Shown: positions 42,519 through 52,608 of the stretch, piece after piece
How positions within the stretch are numbered: the first letter of the stretch is position 1
How the letters are laid out: each line of letters opens with the position of its first letter
Made by a program: the position numbers and the translations under genes
Notes under the pieces: generated by a model
The model's input: the letters and a program-made list of their open reading frames with translations, nothing else
Database searches by the model: none
Told to the model about the DNA's origin: nothing
NCBI GenBank assembly: GCA_965218295.1
Contig: CBDCKN010000013.1
Span: forward strand, 192,001 to 256,000
From: Longimicrobiales bacterium
GTDB taxonomy: Bacteria > Gemmatimonadota > Gemmatimonadetes > Longimicrobiales > Gaopeijiaceae
DNA length: 64,000 bases
Reading direction: 5' to 3'

Positions 42519-42867
42519 GGCTTTCTCTCTCCGCGTCATGAATCGAGCCACAAATATAACAGTCGTCCTGTTCGGAGCGACTCTCGAAGCCCTTGATCCG
42601 TTGCCGCGGCAGGCACGGCACGCCGCTCGGCGACCGCCCCGCGCCCCGGCATGTGAAACCTGTCACTTCCGTGTGAGCGACGCCAAGTCGGCCGTGCCCG
42701 GGCCGACGTCCCGGTCGAGTTCCATGCCCATGACGGGGTCTTCAACGAGCCCCGAGGGGGGCGTCTGCCAGGGCACTGGCAGCGCCACCGGGCAGCCTGC
42801 TTACCCTACTGGCTATCTCTAGCCGCTACAAGCAATTGGGAGATTTCCTATGAGTTGACTTCCTTGC

Positions 42868-43425
42868 ATGCGGGTCTTCACCGTTGTGGCCATGGAGACG
42901 CGGAAGCAGCAGTTCAAGTCGGCGGTGAGCGATGCGATCGTCCACCTCCAGGGACGCGAACAGGCGCTCGCGCCATTCGGCTGGACGGGAGAAAAGGCCG
43001 GGTGGATCGCGTTCGTCTGCCTCCACAGCGGCGCGTTCACCCGCGTCCAGTGCGCGCGATTCCTCGATGCACACCCGGAACAGGTGCGGCGCGTCGTCCA
43101 CGCGCTGATCGCGCAGGGCCTGGCCGCCGAGGACACCGTGCCCGGCATCCGAGGGATCGGCCGCGTGTGCCGCATCTTCTCCCGGCGGATCTACCGGGCC
43201 ATCGGAGCCGAGCACATCCGCCACCGCCGCGACGCCTCTCCAGAGGTGCTCATGCGGCGCCTGCTCTCGCTCGACTACGTGATCGAGCATCCCGGCTTGC
43301 AGTGGCTTGCCACCGAAGCCGAGAAGGTCGCCGCGCTCGAGGCCCTCGGCATCGAACGCGGGCTGCTGCCCGTCAGGCTGTACCGGGCAGCCGCCGGCAC
43401 CACCCGGCGCTACTTCCCGGTAAAG
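42868..43425 (+). pseudogene. Second homolog of the conserved mobile-element gene, cut after RRYFPVK
   Basis: HLQGREQALAPFGWTG..CLHSGAFTR..LMRRLLSLDYV; junction at 43425/43426. Confidence 0.7.
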
Positions 43426-43604
43426 TACGGCAGTATGATCGCGACCATCGTCCCATGCGGTCCCGTAATATTCCGTAACGCGTGTTATTACAATGTGATA
43501 CGGCGTATCATGGCCGTGTTTACAGGCTCCCTCTTGTGCCGGTACGTACCGTACTGTACCATTGTGTATCCGTCGATATGTGATACACAGGTAGGATATA
43601 CCGC

Positions 43605-44789
43605 ATGCGTAAACGACCCCTTACGGCCGCCTTCGTGGCGCGAGTGAAGACGCCGGGACGCTACGGCGACGGCGGGCTCGGCGGGCTCGGCCTGTACCTC
43701 CGCGTCCACCGGATGAAGTCCGGGCGCGTCTCCAAGTCCTGGGGCCAGCGCATTCGAGTGGCGGGGAAGCCCACCAATCTCGGACTGGGCTCGTACCCGG
43801 TCGTGACGCTCAGGGAGGCGAGAGAGAAGGCGCTGGAGAACAGGCGGGCAGTCCATTGGGGCCACGACCCGAGAGACGCGGGGGTTCCCACATTCGAGGC
43901 GGCCGTCGAGAAGGTGATGGCGATCCACTCGCCGACCTGGAAGAACCCATCCCGCATGGCCGGGCAGTGGCGGCAGACGCTGCGGGACTACGCCCATCCG
44001 CGCATCGGCCGGAAGCGCGTGAGCGAGATCGCGACGGCCGACGTGCTCGCCATCCTCAAGCCCATCTGGTCGAGCAAGCCTGCGACCGCGAGGGCCGTGC
44101 ACCAGCGGATCGGCGCGGTGATGAAGTGGGCCGTCGCGAAGGGCTACCGGCCGGACAACCCGGCGGGGGACGCCATCGCCGCCGCGCTGCCGCGCAACGG
44201 CAACGCCACCCGGCATCACAAGGCGCTCCCGCACGGCGAGGTGGCGGCGGCTCTGGCCGAGGTCCGCAACTCGGAGTCCCATGCCGGTGTCCGGCTGGCG
44301 CTCGAGTTCATGGTTCTGACCGCGACACGCTCGAACGAGGTCCGGGGCGCGGCGTCGGACGAGATCGAGCGCGACGTCTGGACCATTCCCGCCAGCCGCA
44401 TGAAGGCGAAGCGCGAGCATCGGGTTCCCCTGTCGGGGCGGGTCCTGGAGATCCTTGAGGAAGCCCGGAAGCACCACGACGACGGCGGGATCGTCTTTCG
44501 GGGCGCGAAGGGAGGCGGCATCAACGCCTCGATGTTCAGCGGCTTGCTCCGGCATCTCGGCATCGAGGGAACGCCTCACGGGATGAGGTCCTCGTTCCGC
44601 GACTGGTGTTCGGAGACGGGCGTGGCGCGCGAGGTGGCCGAAGCGGCGCTGGCCCACGTCGTGAAGAACAGGGTCGAGGCCGCGTACGCCCGCTCGGACC
44701 TGCTGGACCGGAGGCGCGAGGTCATGCAGGCTTGGGCCGACTATCTCGCCAGCGAGCGTCGAGACCCGGAGGCCGAACCGATCCGTTGA
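43605..44789 (+). CDS. P4-like tyrosine integrase (paralog of 20215-21399)
   Basis: Same catalytic motifs, 394 aa. Confidence 0.94.
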   Translation: MRKRPLTAAFVARVKTPGRYGDGGLGGLGLYLRVHRMKSGRVSKSWGQRIRVAGKPTNLGLGSYPVVTLREAREKALENRRAVHWGHDPRDAGVPTFEAAVEKVMAIHSPTWKNPSRMAGQWRQTLRDYAHPRIGRKRVSEIATADVLAILKPIWSSKPATARAVHQRIGAVMKWAVAKGYRPDNPAGDAIAAALPRNGNATRHHKALPHGEVAAALAEVRNSESHAGVRLALEFMVLTATRSNEVRGAASDEIERDVWTIPASRMKAKREHRVPLSGRVLEILEEARKHHDDGGIVFRGAKGGGINASMFSGLLRHLGIEGTPHGMRSSFRDWCSETGVAREVAEAALAHVVKNRVEAAYARSDLLDRRREVMQAWADYLASERRDPEAEPIR

Positions 44790-44792
44790 AGC

Positions 44793-44900
44793 GCTGGCAC
44801 ATGACCGGTTAGAGGTCATGAGCCAGCCTACCCTTTGGGGCCACGCTTCGCGGGTCCCCGGCAGGGGCTGGCGAGGGTGGCTCCGCCCCCTTCGATCCCC
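44793..44900. other. Putative oriT hairpin plus conserved block
   Basis: gctggcacatgacc-ggttaga-ggtcatgagccagc-ctaccctttggggccacgcttcgcggg. Confidence 0.7.
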
Positions 44901-44919
44901 TGGACGCCCGCCCTCCGGC

Positions 44920-45110
44920 AGGCCATGGCGCGCACGCGGCCGGCGAGCAGCACGGCGACGGCGGGCGCCACGTAGTACCAGACGCGGATCACGGTGTGGA
45001 AGCCCGGATCGTGGTAGGCGATGAGGTCGAGCACGGGATTACCGCCACTGGCGGGAAACGGCGCCCAGAAGGCGTGGGCGATTCGCGGCCACCGCGGCGG
45101 CGCCAGCCAG
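44920..45110 (-). pseudogene. Membrane protein N-terminal fragment, possibly a conjugative coupling protein
   Basis: PVLDLIAYHDPGFHTVIRVWYYVAPAVAVLLAG; assignment from context only. Confidence 0.35.
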
Positions 45111-45659
45111 GATCAGCGCGGGCCGCCTCATCGCTGTGACAGCCTTCCCGCTAGGGATCCATGGCTGTTGAGGGCCGATAGAGAGGCCAGCGAATCAACG
45201 GATCGGTGCGCCGTTCGATTCTCCCCCTCGTGCTGGCCCGGCACCTCCACCCACTGTTCCATCTAAGCTGGCCGTCCGCAATTCTATCTCCGAGTCGGCC
45301 CCCTCTGTAGGCTCAGCCCCAGTCACTGTCAGCGTCCCCGCCGAGGGCACGGGCGAGCTCGGGATCGCTCATCTCGGCACTGCTATAGAACGTCGCAGGG
45401 TGGCCGATTACGGCTGCCGAGGCGACCCTACCGAGATCCTAAACGCCGCTTACGTCCGTGGTCGGCGGCGAAGCACGAACACCTAGCAATACGAGGCGGG
45501 CGGATGAGGCTAGAAGACGGTTTTTCCCAAGGCGAGCGCGGCAGGTCCTACGGCGAAATTCCAGGGCTGCCCGGTCTTGGTGAGAAGGCGGTTTGGGGTT
45601 CGCCCCTACGGCTCATTGGCTAACTTGATCGTCCGGGCGACGAAGGAGGCAGCCCCAAC

Positions 45660-46721
45660 ATGAGAGTCTTTAACATTGGATCTGACGGCGAATTCACCGA
45701 GTACGAGCAGTTGCCGTTCAAGGTGGATCATGAGGAATCCGTCCTTGAGGAGTGGCTGGAGTCCAACCCCGACGGGATTCTTGAAGATGGACAGATTCTG
45801 ATCATTGGGCGCCAGGTCCGAACCGACCTCGGGGCATGCATCGACCTGCTTGGGGTAGATCGCGAGGGGAATGCAGTCGTGATCGAGTTGAAACGGGACC
45901 GCACGCCGCGGGACGTGGTCGCGCAGGCGCTCGAGTACGCCGCGTTCGCTGCTCGGCTCGATGTCGACGCGCTGGAGGGCATCCTCCGGGTGTATGAACA
46001 CGACGAGTCACTCAGTCTTGCCGACCGCCACCGGGAGCACTTCGGAGTCGAAGAGTACGAGGCAGTCGCGTTCAACAAAGATCAGCACATCGTAGTCGTC
46101 GGTCAGCGCGTGACGCCGGATATCAGGCGGACGGCGTCCTTCCTAGGATCTAAGGGAATCCAAGTCACCTGCGGCGAATTCACCTTCTTCCAAGCCGAGG
46201 GGGGCGGGCGTCTGCTGTCTCACGAGATCGTCGTGGGAAGAGAACACGCGAAGCCACACCGGGTGACTTCGGGAGCTCGGCGCGTCGTGTCGGAAGAAGA
46301 GTTCCTGAATTCCTGCGACGAGAACGGAGAGATCGTCTTTTCTAGGATTCTCGACTTGGCGCGGCGCAAGTCTATGTCAATCAGCTGGGGAACGAAGGGG
46401 TTCTCGGTTGGTGCCGATGTTGACGGAACCCGGGTGGTCGTCTGCTACGGGTACCCGCCCACCAGCGTGTTCAAGCAGACGCTCTATACGGCCCTGCGCG
46501 ACCGTGCCGGCATCCAGAAGACAGGAGCGCCCGCAGAGGCCGTCGGGCGACTCCGAAACTCGGTGGAGGCGACGGGACTATTCACGCCTGCGGGCCGAGA
46601 TCTGAAGTGTATCATCGACCGGGCCTTCACGGACGACGAAGTGGACAAGCTTGTTGCGTGGTGCGAGGCCGTGGAGCAGGCGATCGCACAGCACGGACTG
46701 AATGCGACGCCCGAACAGTAG
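45660..46721 (+). CDS. NucS/DUF91-like PD-(D/E)XK endonuclease with C-terminal extension
   Basis: ESVLEEWL, IIGRQV, IDLLGVD..VVIELKR..VVAQALEYA. Confidence 0.85.
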   Translation: MRVFNIGSDGEFTEYEQLPFKVDHEESVLEEWLESNPDGILEDGQILIIGRQVRTDLGACIDLLGVDREGNAVVIELKRDRTPRDVVAQALEYAAFAARLDVDALEGILRVYEHDESLSLADRHREHFGVEEYEAVAFNKDQHIVVVGQRVTPDIRRTASFLGSKGIQVTCGEFTFFQAEGGGRLLSHEIVVGREHAKPHRVTSGARRVVSEEEFLNSCDENGEIVFSRILDLARRKSMSISWGTKGFSVGADVDGTRVVVCYGYPPTSVFKQTLYTALRDRAGIQKTGAPAEAVGRLRNSVEATGLFTPAGRDLKCIIDRAFTDDEVDKLVAWCEAVEQAIAQHGLNATPEQ

Positions 46722-47389
46722 AGCAGGAGAACGTCGTGTTCCTCGGCCCGCCCGGCGTCGGCAAGACACACCTGGCGATCAGTCTGGCCATCGCCGCGGC
46801 CGAGAGCAGGCGCAGGGTCTACTACGGAACGCTCACCGATCTCATCGACTCGCTCGAAGAGGCCCAGGCCGCCGGCCGGCTCAACCACCGGCTCAAGACC
46901 CTCACCCACCCCGCGCTTCTAGTCGTGGACGAGATCGGCTACCTCCCCCTCACCCGCAGCGGCGCCATCCTGTTCTTTCAGATCGTCAACCGGCGCTACG
47001 AGCACGCCTCGACGGTGCTGACCTCGAACAAGGGCTTCGAGCAATGGGGAGAGATCCTGCACGACGAGGTCATGGCCGCCACGCTGCTGGACCGGCTACT
47101 GCACCACTGCCACATGGTCAACATCCGGGGCAACAGCTACCGGATGCGCCGCCATGCCGAGCTCTCCAAGGCCATCCACCCAACCGCCTCCCGGGCCGTC
47201 TCGGCGGAGCGCTCGGAACACGGCGGGACCCGGTGATGCGCGCCGACCAGATCCTTTCTCGGAACGCCCCGCGTTTCTCTACTGCTTGGCGGGCCTTCCC
47301 AAGGACGAGCGGAGATACTTCTTGAGCCGCCAGTCCTTTCAACGACCCTTTGAGCAGGCACTCGCAAAGTGGGCAAGGAATCACTGACA
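46722..47389 (+). mobile_element. istB: IS21 remnant: 5'-truncated istB (to 47236) and right end
   Basis: GPPGVGKTHLA, LLVVDEIGY, LTSNK, LDRLLHH..GNSYR; ends ...CACTGACA. Confidence 0.88.
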
Positions 47390-47820
47390 TGGAACTCGAC
47401 CCGATCCGCCACCGCTGGGCTGAACGCCCCTCCTGACAGCGTCACAATCTGCCAGAGTGATGCTGGTATTCGGGTTGACCACTTGAGGGAGAAGGCATCC
47501 CAGGTGGATGACACGGTCCAGACCGCTTGGACGGCTTTGCCCGGAACATCTGGACGGCATGCCCGGAATGGTGGCCCTTGGGATTGCCGCCGTGGTTGCC
47601 GCCAACAGTTGCCACTTTTCCTATCGCTTCAGCGGGTGGCGTGGCCGCCGAGCGAAGGTACATTCAGGTTGGACTCTTGGAGTCGGGGCCGCCCCCTTCA
47701 CCTGGGGAATCACTGGGGACAGGATGGTTTGCCGGAATCAATTCGACGGCGCGGTCCATGGGGTGGCCTATACCAACGTGACTGTCGTCTATTGTGAACG
47801 CAGCTTAAGAGGAAGACCGA

Positions 47821-48927
47821 ATGAACTACTGGCTCAATCTATTCTCGCCAGAGACATATGAAAACTTCTCAAAATCTGACCGTACCCGCACCGGGTTCCG
47901 GATCAGGCAACACAACCAGGCCAAAAAGGTTAGCAGGGGCGACCGCTTCGTTTGTTACATGACCAAACTATCTCGTTGGGTTGGCATTCTCGAGATCGAA
48001 CAGGGGCCGTTTAGAGAGGACATTCCACTCTTCTATGCAGAAGACGATCCCTTCGTGGTTCGATTCAGAGTCAATCCTGTGGTCTGGCTTCCAAAAGAAA
48101 GAGCCGTGCCAATTCACGAGGATCACGTTTGGAACCAGCTGACGTTCACTCAAAGCATGGAAAAACGCTCCACAACCTGGACCGGGAAGATCCGCAGTAG
48201 CTTGAATGAGATAGACCGATCCGACGGTCAGTTCTTGGATGACTTACTCCGCGCCCAACAGGGGAATAGCAATGAGTACGAGGTCGATGAGCGTCAATAC
48301 CGTCGCCTCTTGGCTCACCGGGTCCGGAGGTTGGACCGTGTAGTCTCTGTGACAGTGCCGGAGGGTACTTCCGAGGATGATGACTCATCGATCCAGCCCC
48401 CGGACGACATTCGGGAGTCAATTCAGATCCAGGCCTCACTTGCCTTGATCGGTAAGCAGATGGGCCATCGCGTGTGGGTACCTCGATCAGATCGAGGGCG
48501 GGTGGAGCAGGCACTCGGTCCGGATCGTCCGGTCACCTTTTTGGATGTGCTGCCACTCAATTACGACGAGACGACCCTGAAGACTATTGAGCAGATTGAT
48601 GTGCTCTGGTTGAAGGGCAGAGCTATAATCCGTGCATTCGAAGTCGAACACACCACGTCCGTGTACTCTGGTATCTTGCGAATGGCAGATCTCCTGGCCT
48701 TGCAACCCAATATGGACATCCAACTACACATCGTCACACCAGAGGCCCGTAAGGAGAAGGTATTCGCCGAACTTTGCCGTCCGGTATTTTCCTTCCTTGA
48801 CCGAGGTCCACTAGCCGAATGCTGCACTTACCTTTCCTATAGTTCGGTGCGTGAACTGATGGCCCAGCCTCATCTCCACCATCTGTCCGCTTCAGTTTTG
48901 GAAGACTATACCGAGGAGGCGGATTAG
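47821..48927 (+). CDS. EVE-domain plus PD-(D/E)XK nuclease (putative modification-dependent restriction enzyme)
   Basis: MNYWLNLFSPET..GDRFVCY EVE-like N-terminus; IDVLW..AFEVEHTTSVYSGILRMADL C-terminus. Confidence 0.82.
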   Translation: MNYWLNLFSPETYENFSKSDRTRTGFRIRQHNQAKKVSRGDRFVCYMTKLSRWVGILEIEQGPFREDIPLFYAEDDPFVVRFRVNPVVWLPKERAVPIHEDHVWNQLTFTQSMEKRSTTWTGKIRSSLNEIDRSDGQFLDDLLRAQQGNSNEYEVDERQYRRLLAHRVRRLDRVVSVTVPEGTSEDDDSSIQPPDDIRESIQIQASLALIGKQMGHRVWVPRSDRGRVEQALGPDRPVTFLDVLPLNYDETTLKTIEQIDVLWLKGRAIIRAFEVEHTTSVYSGILRMADLLALQPNMDIQLHIVTPEARKEKVFAELCRPVFSFLDRGPLAECCTYLSYSSVRELMAQPHLHHLSASVLEDYTEEAD

Positions 48928-49110
48928 CAAAACAACACCTGGAAACAGATCATATCCGCCCCCGTGCTCTCATCCTCTGTCGTGGCGGCCGACAGCCCAG
49001 AAAAGCTGGCACGGCCCGCCCTGAAACGGCAACCTCTAAGCGGCAAATCCTCCGGGGAGTTAAACGCACGCGGAACCTGTCAACGCCAGTGAGACACTCT
49101 TGGAAATCAA

Positions 49111-50118
49111 TTAGAGAGCAATCTCCTGTGTAGTGAGGGATGGGGTGGGAGGATTGATCCAGACGGCCTCCGGGAGTGGTTTAGGCTTCGGCTCACCGGA
49201 GACGAAGCGCTCGGGATGAGCGGCCCATGCCTCACGGAGCACGGCCTTCCTGCAGGCGATGATCCGATCGGCGTGACCGAAGTGGACCTGTTCGGGGGTC
49301 AGCATCGAGATGCCGCCATGGCGGTGCTCGGCATTATACCAACGGAAGAACGAGCGACAGAAGGTCTTGGCTTGCCCCTGATCCCCGAACCGGCCGGGAA
49401 ACGAGGGATGGTACTTCAAGGTCTTGAACTGAGCCTCGGAGAACGGATTGTCATCCGAGACCTGGGGTCGGCCCAACGAGCGGGTCACGCCGAGATCGGC
49501 GAGTAGTTGAGCCGTGCATTGGCTCGTCATCGGAGCCCCTCGATCGGAATGCAGGGTCAGGAGGTGGGGCTGGACGCCATGCTTCAAGCAACTCTGCTGG
49601 ATCAGCCGGCTGGCCAGGGCAGAGTTCTCCCGATCCGCCACCATCCATCCCACGACGTAGCGGCTGAAGATGTCCAGGATCACGTAGAGGTAGAAGTAAC
49701 TCCACTTCTTCGGCCCCAGCAGCCGGGTGATATCCCAGGACCAGACCTGGTTCGGGCCCCTCGCCATCAACTCGGGCTTCTGGTATTTGGGATGACTCCG
49801 CTGCGCTCGACGCTCCTGAACCGGCACCTGGGAAGCCAGAACGCGATACATCGTACGCTCGCTGCACAGGTAGACGTCCTCGTCGAGCAGCGTCGCCACC
49901 ACCTCGGCTGGGGACCGGTCCACGAACCGCTCCGAACACAGGGTGTCGAAAATCTTGTCCCGCTCCCTCTCACTTAAGGCCCGGGCGGGGGTCGGGCGGG
50001 GCTGCTGATGCCCGGTCGATGCACTCCGACGACGGTAGAACGTGGCTCGCGGCACCCTGAGCGCATCGCACGCGGGCTTCACCCCTACGTGCTTGGCTAG
50101 CTCCTGGGTCGCCTTCAT
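49111..50118 (-). CDS. IS3-like OrfB DDE transposase
   Basis: PNQVWSWDIT, LHSDRG, DDNPFSEAQFKTLK. Confidence 0.93.
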   Translation of the reverse strand: MKATQELAKHVGVKPACDALRVPRATFYRRRSASTGHQQPRPTPARALSERERDKIFDTLCSERFVDRSPAEVVATLLDEDVYLCSERTMYRVLASQVPVQERRAQRSHPKYQKPELMARGPNQVWSWDITRLLGPKKWSYFYLYVILDIFSRYVVGWMVADRENSALASRLIQQSCLKHGVQPHLLTLHSDRGAPMTSQCTAQLLADLGVTRSLGRPQVSDDNPFSEAQFKTLKYHPSFPGRFGDQGQAKTFCRSFFRWYNAEHRHGGISMLTPEQVHFGHADRIIACRKAVLREAWAAHPERFVSGEPKPKPLPEAVWINPPTPSLTTQEIAL

Positions 50119-50564
50119 GAGTTCGTCCCGTCCTCGAGGCTCAATCCCAGCAGCCCTGCAACTTTTCCCTGGACGTCGATGATCAAGTGCGCCTTCTGGA
50201 GCTCCTTCTCGAGGCGAGTGTTCTCGCGCTCCAGCTTGCGCACCTTCTCCTCCAGCGGATTGCGCTCGCGCTTACGGCCTCGTTTCTTCGACAGCGCTTT
50301 CAGGGACCCGCTATGCGCCGCCTTGCGCCATGTCGTCAGGTGCGACGAGTACAAGCCCTCCCGCCGTAGGAGTCGGCCAACCTCTCCGGGCTCCGTGCAC
50401 CGGTCCGCTTCTTCGACGATCCGCAGCTTGTACGACGGAGCGAACCGCCGGCGCAGCGGCCTATCTACCACCTCCGAGTCCGCAGGAGCTGCCGCGCTTC
50501 GCTTACCGTCCCAGGTTGGTGGGGCTATTCCATTCTCTTTCATTCTCTCACGGTGTCTCAGCAT
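50115..50564 (-). CDS. IS3-like OrfA
   Basis: RRRFAPSYKLRIV..LLRREGLYSSHLTTWR..LEREN. Confidence 0.9.
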   Translation of the reverse strand: MLRHRERMKENGIAPPTWDGKRSAAAPADSEVVDRPLRRRFAPSYKLRIVEEADRCTEPGEVGRLLRREGLYSSHLTTWRKAAHSGSLKALSKKRGRKRERNPLEEKVRKLERENTRLEKELQKAHLIIDVQGKVAGLLGLSLEDGTNS

Positions 50565-50724
50565 CCTCGGTTTCTCTGCCTTCGCCCTACTCTAATTCCT
50601 TAGCTGCTCCGTGTCTCACGTAAGTTGGCAGAGAGGGCTTCGATCCCCCGGAGGCCCGCGCTCCGGCAAAACTGCCGGGCGCGGGGCTCGCCCCCCGTCC
50701 CTCTTGCCGGCGCCTCCTGATGGT

Positions 50725-51060
50725 TGATCGCCGCACCGTCACCGCCAGCGCCTCCTCCACCAACGCGGCCGGCATCTGCGGCGCCATCGCCCAGCCGATG
50801 ATCCGCCGGCTCCACGCGTCCAGCACGACCGCCAGATACAGCCAGCTCAGGTGGGCACGTACGTGATGTCGGCCACCCAAAGCCGGTCGGGGCCGTCGGC
50901 CGAGAAGTCGCGTTTGACCAGGTCCGGCACGGGCCGGGCCTCGGCATCCCTCTTCGTCGTGCCCGTCCTGAAGCGTCGGCGCGTAATCCCCTCGATGCCC
51001 AGCGCCTTCATCAGGCGTGCAACCCGCTTGCGGCCCAGCCGCTCACCCGCAACGGTGTTG
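50725..51060 (-). pseudogene. Internal fragment of a third IS3-type OrfB
   Basis: RKRVARLM..DLVKRDF..LWVADITYVPT; YLAVVLDAWSRRIIGWAM. Confidence 0.85.
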
Positions 51061-51245
51061 CGGAACTGTCCGCAGCCGGGACATGACCCACCCAAGTGAA
51101 AGCGGTGTCAACTGAGATTTACACAATGTCATGCGTAGTTGACATCCTTGACAGTCATAGATGATCGGCAAGACTCGTTCCGGGTCGTATTCTCGCTGAA
51201 ATGATCACCAAACCCGTTGGCATGCGACGGGACCCGGATTAGCTT

Positions 51246-52421
51246 GTGACCCCCGTGACGTCTGGACGAGGGGGGAAACCCGGAAACTTGAGGAGTCCGA
51301 AACCAGTGCCGCCAGTCTTCTACCATGAGGGGCGATTCCCGCCAGACCAGCGCCTGGACTGGCAGAGGCTGGTTCCACTGCTGGGTCCTGCGTATTCCGC
51401 TGTCGCGAGGTACGACGGCATGCTGTCGGCCGTTCCCGATCCCAGCATCCTGCTCGCGCCCCTTTCTACCCAGGAAGCGGTGCTCTCCTCGAGGATTGAA
51501 GGCACGCAAGCGACGATGGGCCAGGTCCTTGAGTTCGAAGCGCGGGGTGAGACAAGGTCCCCCACTCGTCGCGACGACATCCTGGAGGTGATCCAATACC
51601 GCAGGGCGATGTGGCACGCGGAGAGGACGCTGCGAGAGCTCCCGCTCTCCCTGCGGGTCATTCGCGAATCGCACCGGGTTCTTCTAGCGAGCGGCCGAGG
51701 CAAACAGCGCTCACCGGGCGTGTATCGGCGTCTCCAGAACTGGATCGGCCCGCCTGGTTGCCCCGTGGAAGAGGCCACGTTCGTTCCAATCGCCACGCAG
51801 AATCTGGGCGACGCCATGAGCGCTTGGGAACGATACATGCACCGGGACGAACCCGATGGCTTGGTCCAACTTGCGATTCTACATGCCGAGTTCGAGGCCC
51901 TTCATCCGTTTCTGGACGGTAATGGCCGCATGGGTCGCATGCTCGTGCCCCTCTTCATGTGGCAAAGAGAGCTGATTCGCCAACCGGCCTTCTACATCAG
52001 TGCCTATTTCGAAGCCAACCGGGACGCTTACTACGAAGGGTTGCGATCCGTATCGCGCGACGACGACTGGAGCGGGTGGTGCGAATTCTTCCTCGAAGCC
52101 GTTCGAACGCAAGCGGAGGATAATCTGATGAAGACCGAGGCGATTCTTGGACTCTACGAAGAGATGAAGGACCGTGTCCTCGAGGTTACCAACTCACGGT
52201 ATGCGATTCGGGTCCTCGACTCGATCTTCCAGCATCCAGTCTTCACGAGCGCCCAGTTCGTTAAAGGAACCGAATCGTCTTCGCCCACTGCGCGTCGGAT
52301 TCTCGCACGCCTGTGTGACTCGACCGTACTGCATAAGATCGAGCCTGCGCGCGGTCGGCGGCCCGCTCTATTCGTATTCCCCCGCCTGCTCGACGTTGCG
52401 GAAGGTAGGAAGAACGGATGA
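51246..52421 (+). CDS. Fic family protein (class II, N-terminal inhibitory helix, C-terminal HTH)
   Basis: HPFLDGNGRMGR motif; SSRIEG inhibitory motif; start uncertain. Confidence 0.92.
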   Translation: MTPVTSGRGGKPGNLRSPKPVPPVFYHEGRFPPDQRLDWQRLVPLLGPAYSAVARYDGMLSAVPDPSILLAPLSTQEAVLSSRIEGTQATMGQVLEFEARGETRSPTRRDDILEVIQYRRAMWHAERTLRELPLSLRVIRESHRVLLASGRGKQRSPGVYRRLQNWIGPPGCPVEEATFVPIATQNLGDAMSAWERYMHRDEPDGLVQLAILHAEFEALHPFLDGNGRMGRMLVPLFMWQRELIRQPAFYISAYFEANRDAYYEGLRSVSRDDDWSGWCEFFLEAVRTQAEDNLMKTEAILGLYEEMKDRVLEVTNSRYAIRVLDSIFQHPVFTSAQFVKGTESSSPTARRILARLCDSTVLHKIEPARGRRPALFVFPRLLDVAEGRKNG

Positions 52422-52608
52422 CGATCACGAATGATCGCCAAGATCTTTTGCCGCTCGTATCGCCGCCGGTATGAGCGACAAAATGTCTTGTCGGTCACGG
52501 GTGATCGATAACACGGAGATCCGCTCCCTGAGTTCGTCAATTCCGTCCTCTACCACGGTAACGCTCTTGGACAGTCCCGCCCCGCTTGGCCAACTTGTTC
52601 GTGACCGA

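Larger units (their letters stand above)
49071..50637 (-). mobile_element. IS3-superfamily element (second type) with sub-terminal IRs, complete
   Basis: IRs TGTCAACGCCAGTGAGACAC (49078) and TGCCAACTTACGTGAGACAC (50630), plus conserved 7-bp outer extensions. Confidence 0.9.
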
